This document shows positions 24,839 to 30,901 of a stretch of DNA of 30,901 bases, piece after piece. This DNA comes from Tubiluchus corallicola (Eukaryota; Animalia; Priapulida), in contig JAQGDQ010001648.1 of the NCBI GenBank assembly GCA_030141605.1, forward strand, positions 1-30,901. Reading direction: 5' to 3'. The first letter of the stretch is position 1. The number at the start of each line of letters is the position of its first letter. A program made the translations under genes and the position numbers. Below the pieces are notes generated by a model. The model was not told the DNA's origin, ran no database searches, and saw only the letters and a program-made list of their open reading frames with translations.

Positions 24839-25540
24839 AATTCTTTATTTGTCATAAAAACGGTTCCCTCATTATAATAAAATTGAGTTAGCCTCAGCGT
24901 AATGTTAAAATAACAACACTGTTCAAGACAAATGCGTCCAGTGCATACTAAAAAAACTAAAGTGCAAACTATATACAATATAATGAACATATTTACAAAT
25001 ACCATATTAAAATATTTTCACAAACAATTATAGGAAAGTACATTAAATTTTACATGACATAGTGTACACTATTTATACATTTAACATTACGAAACACGAA
25101 ACTAACATAACACGTATTACATTACATAATTTTTTTTAAAAATTTCATTTTTAATCATTATATGGAGTCAGGGGCGGGGGTAGATGAAAGTTGAGTCGGT
25201 GTAATTAGTATCAGATGCACAATGTGGAAGTTGAAACCTGTTATATTGATATTCTTTTAATTTCTTTTTAAAGTGGTGGAGAGATTCTATTTGTTTTATT
25301 TCACTGGGTAGTAAGTTTCATAAATGTATGGCCTGTTTTGATATAGAGTTATTTCCAAATTTATTGTTTTCTGTAATTTGCTTTAAATTGTATGTTCTAG
25401 TGTTCAATGTGGTATCAGGAATAAATGCTAAGGGATTGTTTATAAATGGAATGCTCAGTTTATTTATATATTTATAAAGAAATATCAGTGTTTTGTAATC
25501 TCGATAGGCTTCTAATATTGGTATTTTTGTGGACGTTCTT
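24838..25540 (-). mobile_element. Degraded L2/CR1-group LINE 3' fragment
   Basis: Minus-strand IFLYKYIN ... FGNNSISKQAIHL*NLLPSEIKQIESLHHFKRKLKEY, then an AT-rich UTR ending AATAAAGAATT before simple repeats. Confidence 0.7.
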
Positions 25541-26325
25541 AAGCTTGTTGCTAATAATAATAACTACATGCTCCTCGTTGGACTTATGCTCGCGCATGCG
25601 CAATAAGTATTTTCAAATGCTCTTGAACCAATACACCGTTTTCTAACCTCACGCTGCCTGGAATACAATTATTATATTTTCAAAAACAGCTACATTTGAC
25701 AAGGGAAATAAAAATTTTGAATTCGCGCTGATTGGTCGGGTAAAAACAGCCAAATATGGACATAAACTGCTGCTTATATGAGGATGTAAAACAAATTAGC
25801 CTCGCGTAGCAATTCTACACGTTTCCGAGGTTCGAAAGAATTCGAGAGCAACAAAATCTTTTGTCGAACAAATTCAGATCGGAAACCATCACAACTGGGC
25901 AAAACGGAAGCCGTTATTCCCGGCAAAACGGCGATAAAACACATTTGAGCTGGGAACAATGGCGGACGAGACTATTTTCAATGAAAACAACTTAAAATTA
26001 AGCACATATTTGCACATGGTCGTTTGACGCTCTGAAACGTGCGTAAATTTTTCATTATTTTAATCCACGAAGAACAGTCTGCTCCAGTGACTAGAGCTGG
26101 TATTGTCACAATGTCCAATGTCTGATAAGAGGATGGGAGAAAATTGTCACTAAAAAGCATCCTGCTTCCCAATTTCTGAAGAACTAAACGTTAATTATTT
26201 TGTTACGCAGTCTCTCTTAGCCAGAGCGGAAGTGGGACGGAAGATTGTGATGCGGCTCTTAGTTAAAGGAGAAGAAAACTGAAAACATCTCAAAAAAACT
26301 GCTCACACAAAGTTATATTACTTAA

Positions 26326-26432
26326 AAGAAAACCGGACGATTGTTTAGACTCTATCTCATTTTAATTTACTGTCCAAAATATACATTTTCTTGTCTATAA
26401 AAGCTGACAATTGTTCATTATATTTGAATAAT
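26326..26432 (-). mobile_element. Kolobok-like MITE family B, terminal fragment
   Basis: TTAA|AAGAAAACCGGACGATTGTTTAGACTC..., reverse complement of about 8031-8135. Confidence 0.8.
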
Positions 26433-26441
26433 ATATACATA

Positions 26442-26491
<50 letters not shown>

Positions 26492-26493
<2 letters not shown>

Positions 26494-27034
26494 GAAAACA
26501 GGATGATTGTGTAAACACGAGTTCAGAATAAAGAATGCTCTAGAATATTGAAAACTACAATAGCTTTTTTTAAATCAAAGGTTAGGTTAAAAAATAATTA
26601 CCTCGGATGCTCAAATTTTGTTAAACTTTCAAAGCTACGCGCGGCTCAGTGAATCTATTAAGATTGGCAGGGGCGCCTTTTTGTCACATGCGCGTGGACG
26701 ACAAATGGAAGGCGGTACCGTGATAAATATGACCATGAACTGCAGTGTAAGTTTCTGACACCATATGATGTAGAGACCATTTTCGTGACATCATGCATTT
26801 AAGCAGTACTGTAACACTTACGCAAACGTGCTTGATGCACAAAGAAGATGCTTGCCAGTGCACAAACAGTGGTTAGTTTCTACGTAAGCAATAGCTGTGT
26901 ATGATTGCCGTTAATTAACTTTCTAAGCTAATTATTCAAATATAAGAAACAATTACTAACTTTTAGACGAAAAAAATACATTTTGGACAGTAAATTAAAA
27001 TCAGATTAAGTCAAAACAATCATCCGGTCTTCCT
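26492..27034 (+). mobile_element. Kolobok-like MITE family B, full length (543 bp)
   Basis: TIRs AGGAAAACAGGATGATTGT / ACAATCATCCGGTCTTCCT (17 of 19 match); degenerate TTAA flanks. Confidence 0.85.
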
Positions 27035-27241
27035 ATTAACAATATAAACTTATACTTAGCAATGTGCTCTCACTAACAACAAAGTACAATTAGTTAACAA
27101 ATACTTTGAATTAGATATGCTGACAGGATCTCATCATCTTTTATGCAGTTCTATGATCAAAGAAAGCATTTATCAGTGAATTCTTCGCGAGCCTTACTTA
27201 CGACGCACACAGTGTGATCTATATCTACATCAAAACATTAA

Positions 27242-27788
27242 TGCAAGACGGGACCCAATCTTAAACTATAGGTTAAAATAATCTTCTATTTAAAATATTG
27301 AAACAATAGGTACTATTTTTCCAAAAATGACTTTCGTGGAAGTATTATAACCACTCAAACACAATTTCGCTTTCGCGGCATTAGTTACATGAATTTAGCC
27401 ATTTAAGCGGGCATTCGCGCCTGCATTTCAGAAACGCATTACGCAAAAAAGTTCAGTTCAGACCTCAAAAAACCTCTCAGTTCAGATACTTTAATTTGTG
27501 ATGAACTACACATGTTTGACAGCGCATGCTTGACCACAGCGGTTAATTTTATTTCTATCTTAAAATTTGCCTGGTTTTATTACAACACATTGAATATCTC
27601 ACAGTAGCACTGTACATCAATATTTATTTTCGCAAACACGTTCGTGGAATATTTTTGATGTTGAAAATTATGTTAGTTTGTGATGTCAACAATGGTTGAG
27701 CTCGCATGCTGTTAAGTTTTTAATTATCAGAAACGCTTTTGCGGTATTAATTGTGTTAGAATGTATACTTTTTATATGACTTGTCTTC
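27242..27788 (-). mobile_element. Kolobok-like MITE family A, full-length diverged copy
   Basis: TTAA at 27238-27241 and 27789-27792; reverse complement of 6791-7565 with indels. Confidence 0.78.
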
Positions 27789-27854
27789 TTAACGTGGATT
27801 TTTCAGCTGAGAAACTGGTATAAAAAATTCTACAGTATATTATTTATTATATTA

Positions 27855-28018
27855 CAGGGGATAGCGCGAACGCAGTCCCCCACTACCAGAAATTATACAC
27901 CCGAGTTCCCTCGATTTGAGAGAATCGCAGGGGTCAACCCAACCGAAGTGCAATGGGAAGGCCTCACCCCGGAGGATCCACCTTGTTGATCATGGAAACC
28001 TCTGTGCCAGGTAAGTAT
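27855..28018 (-). ncRNA. RNU1: U1 spliceosomal snRNA gene (164 nt), copy 2
   Basis: Same motifs as copy 1 with four substitutions; loop I GATCAACAAG. Confidence 0.97.
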
Positions 28019-28040
28019 GCTCTGTAGCGAAACGCCATGG

Positions 28041-28101
28041 TATATAAAGCAAAGCTGAATGCAACTGCCTGTGGTGGTTTAGGAATTTCGTGTACTATTT
28101 A
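28041..28101 (-). promoter_or_regulatory. U1 copy 2 promoter: TATA box and PSE-like block
   Basis: TTTATATA at -30..-23 (28041-28048); block 28070-28101 identical to the copy 1 block. Confidence 0.7.
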
Positions 28102-28536
28102 TTAATTGTTTGTGGTGTGTTAACGCTTCTGCTGCAACTCATGACTAACTGCTTACACACTTGTAGTGTGTAAGTGTAAAGTGACACTGTGCATAGTTAC
28201 TTTAGATATAAGACAAAGCGCTATTGTAATTTAATATATAATAATTGTAATTATTATCATAACAAGAAAAAATTTACATTACATTTAATCATGACATGGC
28301 AAAAACAAAGTTTGAACAACACATTACATGTAACTGGCAAATAGATACCTAATTTTTTTATATCGTTCGAAAGCTTTAATACGGTAGCTTTAACGTAACA
28401 TCGTCAAAGCATCCTTTATTTGTAATTATTTATAATAATCTTTGGTTATGTAAAATGTATATTAAGACAGTTTAAAAAATTGTGTCATTTTATAATGATC
28501 TTAACTCAGCAGTGAAAGTTTAAACTGAATGATCAA

Positions 28537-28644
28537 TTTTATTTTATGTATTTATTTATTTATTTATTTTATTCATTTATTTTCATTTATTTATTTATTT
28601 TGTTTATTTTATTCATTCATTTATTTTTATTTATTTATTTATTT

Positions 28645-28680
<36 letters not shown>

Positions 28681-28743
28681 TTTATTTATTTATTTATTTA
28701 TTTATTCATTCATTTATTTAGTTATTTATTTATTTATTTATTT
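28537..28743. repeat. (TTTA)n microsatellite
   Basis: Directly visible. Confidence 0.96.
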
Positions 28744-28818
28744 GTAGTAATATTTTATAAGGTAGCTCTTTCAGTGCTCAAGGAGGCCTTCAATTATTTA
28801 AAAATTATTTAAAAGGTT

Positions 28819-28845
28819 GAGTCTAAACAATCGTCCGGTCTTCCT
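28819..28845 (+). mobile_element. Solo Kolobok-like terminus (family B type)
   Basis: GAGTCTAAACAATCGTCCGGTCTTCCT|TTAA. Confidence 0.8.
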
Positions 28846-29011
28846 TTAATATTAGGAAATTCGTGAATAACAAAATTTGGTAAACTGTTTAGCTATATCA
28901 TCTCTGTCGTTATCTCTATCTCTTTCACTATATCAATCTCTCACTCTATATCTGTCTTTGTCTATAATGTGTAAGCAAATGCATATAATCGTACATACAA
29001 AATATTTAATA

Positions 29012-29153
29012 CAGTAGGCAGCCCTTAATAGACTCACGGTTAATAGACTCAATCGCTTAATTGACTCAACACCGCCTGGAATGTGGCGCTTCTATTCAAA
29101 TGTACATAAAAACGGTCAGTAATTGACTCAAACAACTCCGCTTAACTGACTCA
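29012..29153 (+). mobile_element. Tigger-type MITE left end
   Basis: TA|CAGTAGGC start and five TTAATWGACTCA-like subterminal motifs; right TIR not found. Confidence 0.6.
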
Positions 29154-29400
29154 TTAATGATAACAATAATATAGACAAACGAGATTACAGGTATTTAAAA
29201 ACGCCAATTAGCAGGTTAGGTAATGAGTGAGTAACAAATGAAATGAGACACTTTTTAAAACGTTGTAATTGAAGTTCTTTTGCCCAAGGAAGAACTTTCG
29301 CTTTTGTGCACTATGTATGTAGAAACAATCATATCATGTACCGTTTTAAATAATATACATGTATACGTACCAAATAATATACATATATAATGCTTAATTG

Positions 29401-29482
29401 AACCTAGCCACTGGGGGGGGGGTGGGGCAAGCCAGCCCAATTCAGTGCCGATCCCAAGCCCGGATAAATAGGGAGGGTTAGG
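29401..29482 (+). ncRNA. Twister ribozyme (type P1), 3' cleavage-product portion
   Basis: AA-CCTA-GC-[CACTG..CAGTG]-CCGA-TCCCAAGC-CCGG-ATAAA-TAGG-GAGGG-TTAGG, matching the twister core GCCGGUCCCAAGCCCGGAUAAA-N4-GAGGG with P2 = CCTA/TAGG. Confidence 0.82.
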
Positions 29483-29890
29483 GTCAGGAAGGGCATCCGC
29501 CTGTAAAAACTGGGTCAAAACCTTCTATGAATGAGTCGGTGAGACTTAAAGGGAAAGTCCACAAAGAAGTGGTCAGACCCGCTCCAATGTATGGGCTGGA
29601 AGCAGCTTCTCTAAAGAAGAAAATGGGTGTGGTGGAGATGAGGATGTTGAGATGGATGGTGGGAATAACAAGAAGAGATAAAATTAGAAATAATAATATC
29701 AGAGGAACAGTAAAAGTAGTGGAAGCCTCGCAAGATTGCGATGGTATGGACAAATGAAAAGAAGAGTCGGTGAAGTTCATGTGGGAAGGGAAGACATAAA
29801 TGAAGAGATGGTCAACAGCAAGAATGCGTGGAGAAGACTCATTCACAACGGCGATCCCGAGTAGGGAAAAGCTGGGAAGAAGAAGAAGAA
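29401..29890 (+). mobile_element. Internally deleted (bipartite) RTE retroposon
   Basis: 5' UTR joined to the ORF C-terminus LKGKVHKEVVRPAPMYGLE...VVEMRMLRWMVGITRRDKIRNNNIRG ... WRRLIHNGDPE*; (GAA)n tail; TSD AATGCTTAATTGAAC / AATGCATAAATTGAAC. Confidence 0.9.
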
Positions 29891-30733
29891 TGCATAAATT
29901 GAACGGAGGAAGCCAGCAGAAATTTACACATTTGGAATATATTAGTGCGCATGTAGAAAAGCACAACTGCCAGAAAAATAAGGTAATAAAATACAAAAAG
30001 AAGTGCAAACGAGCAAAAAATATATTAATTAGCTGTATTCGAACCCGGCACCGGCAAGACGAGAGCGTTAGAGCAATTTACGAATAAATTACAAAACAAA
30101 CTCCGCCGTTTTATATGACATTTTCTGATGACATTTTCGAAATAATTCTTCGATGACATTCTCGTTTAATTTTATGAATATCACGACAGAGTTTGATATG
30201 AATTCATAATATTCTCTAAGAATACAACGGACACTACAACGGTGACTTTCGCGGCACAAATATAAAGCTTTTTATGTCATATTTTTGCGATGATTGATGA
30301 TGGTGACTATTACTAAGCAGATAGAGACATCGTAGTCAGTCAATCCCTAGGAATTATCCTGCAGGAATCAGGCAGACTCATTTAATTGGTTTTTAACTCG
30401 CATTCCCCGGGGAGCAAGCCGATTGAAATATCGTTCAATTTCCGTACGGCGTTATTAACGACGCTGTTTCATGCAAGCGCTGCAGCTGTTTGCATAGACG
30501 CTGTTTCACGCAGGCGGTGCAGCCGTTTGCACTGCGCGCGCGGGCGGATGGGATTTGCACAAGTGCCAGATTGATACAGCCATTTTCAGCCCTTTAGCGG
30601 TGCATTGTTTTAAGCGCGTGTTTGTAATTGTTACGTTCCCATGGGATTTCTGTAACAATAATGTGCAAAATTGTAAATGTAATCGAGAATCCCATGGACT
30701 GTCACTGGTGAAATAATCCATGCTGAATGGCTT

Positions 30734-30901
<168 letters not shown>

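Noticed and set aside
28853-28866. TTAGGAAATTCGTG resembling the U1 PSE-like block
   Set aside because: No TATA box or snRNA at the expected distance; a short match can be chance.
30030-30085. Minus-strand B-box GGTTCGAATAC suggesting a tRNA or SINE
   Set aside because: A-box and cloverleaf not convincing.
30114-30165. CTGATGA..CGAAA hammerhead-like core
   Set aside because: No stem II pairing; explained by a short ATGACATTTTC direct repeat.

Overview
Repeat-dense animal genomic DNA, not prokaryotic. The 5S sequence and TTAGGG-type repeats suggest a lophotrochozoan invertebrate (inference). Almost all ORFs in the track are microsatellite artefacts or transposon debris. Recognisable genic content: two full-length U1 snRNA genes on the minus strand with shared promoter regions, one solitary 5S rRNA gene, one intact TMEM26-like internal exon and one disabled BMP type I receptor kinase exon fragment. 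Mobile DNA: CR1/L2-group LINE 3' ends, a Tc1 DD34E transposase remnant, pogo/Tigger-type MITEs, about ten pieces of two TTAA-flanked Kolobok-like MITE families, Helentron/HINE-like fragments and several satellites. Best candidates for something new: (1) a TSD-flanked 5S rRNA-headed SINE with an RTE-type body whose head lacks box C; (2) a 490-bp RTE derivative starting exactly at the cleavage site of a twister ribozyme; (3) both U1 genes bracketed by Kolobok-like termini and carrying a TATA box; (4) a 74-bp satellite whose monomer is a circularly permuted piece of a LINE 3' UTR 18 kb away. Family assignments come from motif recognition by eye; no searches were run and boundaries of degraded repeats are approximate.
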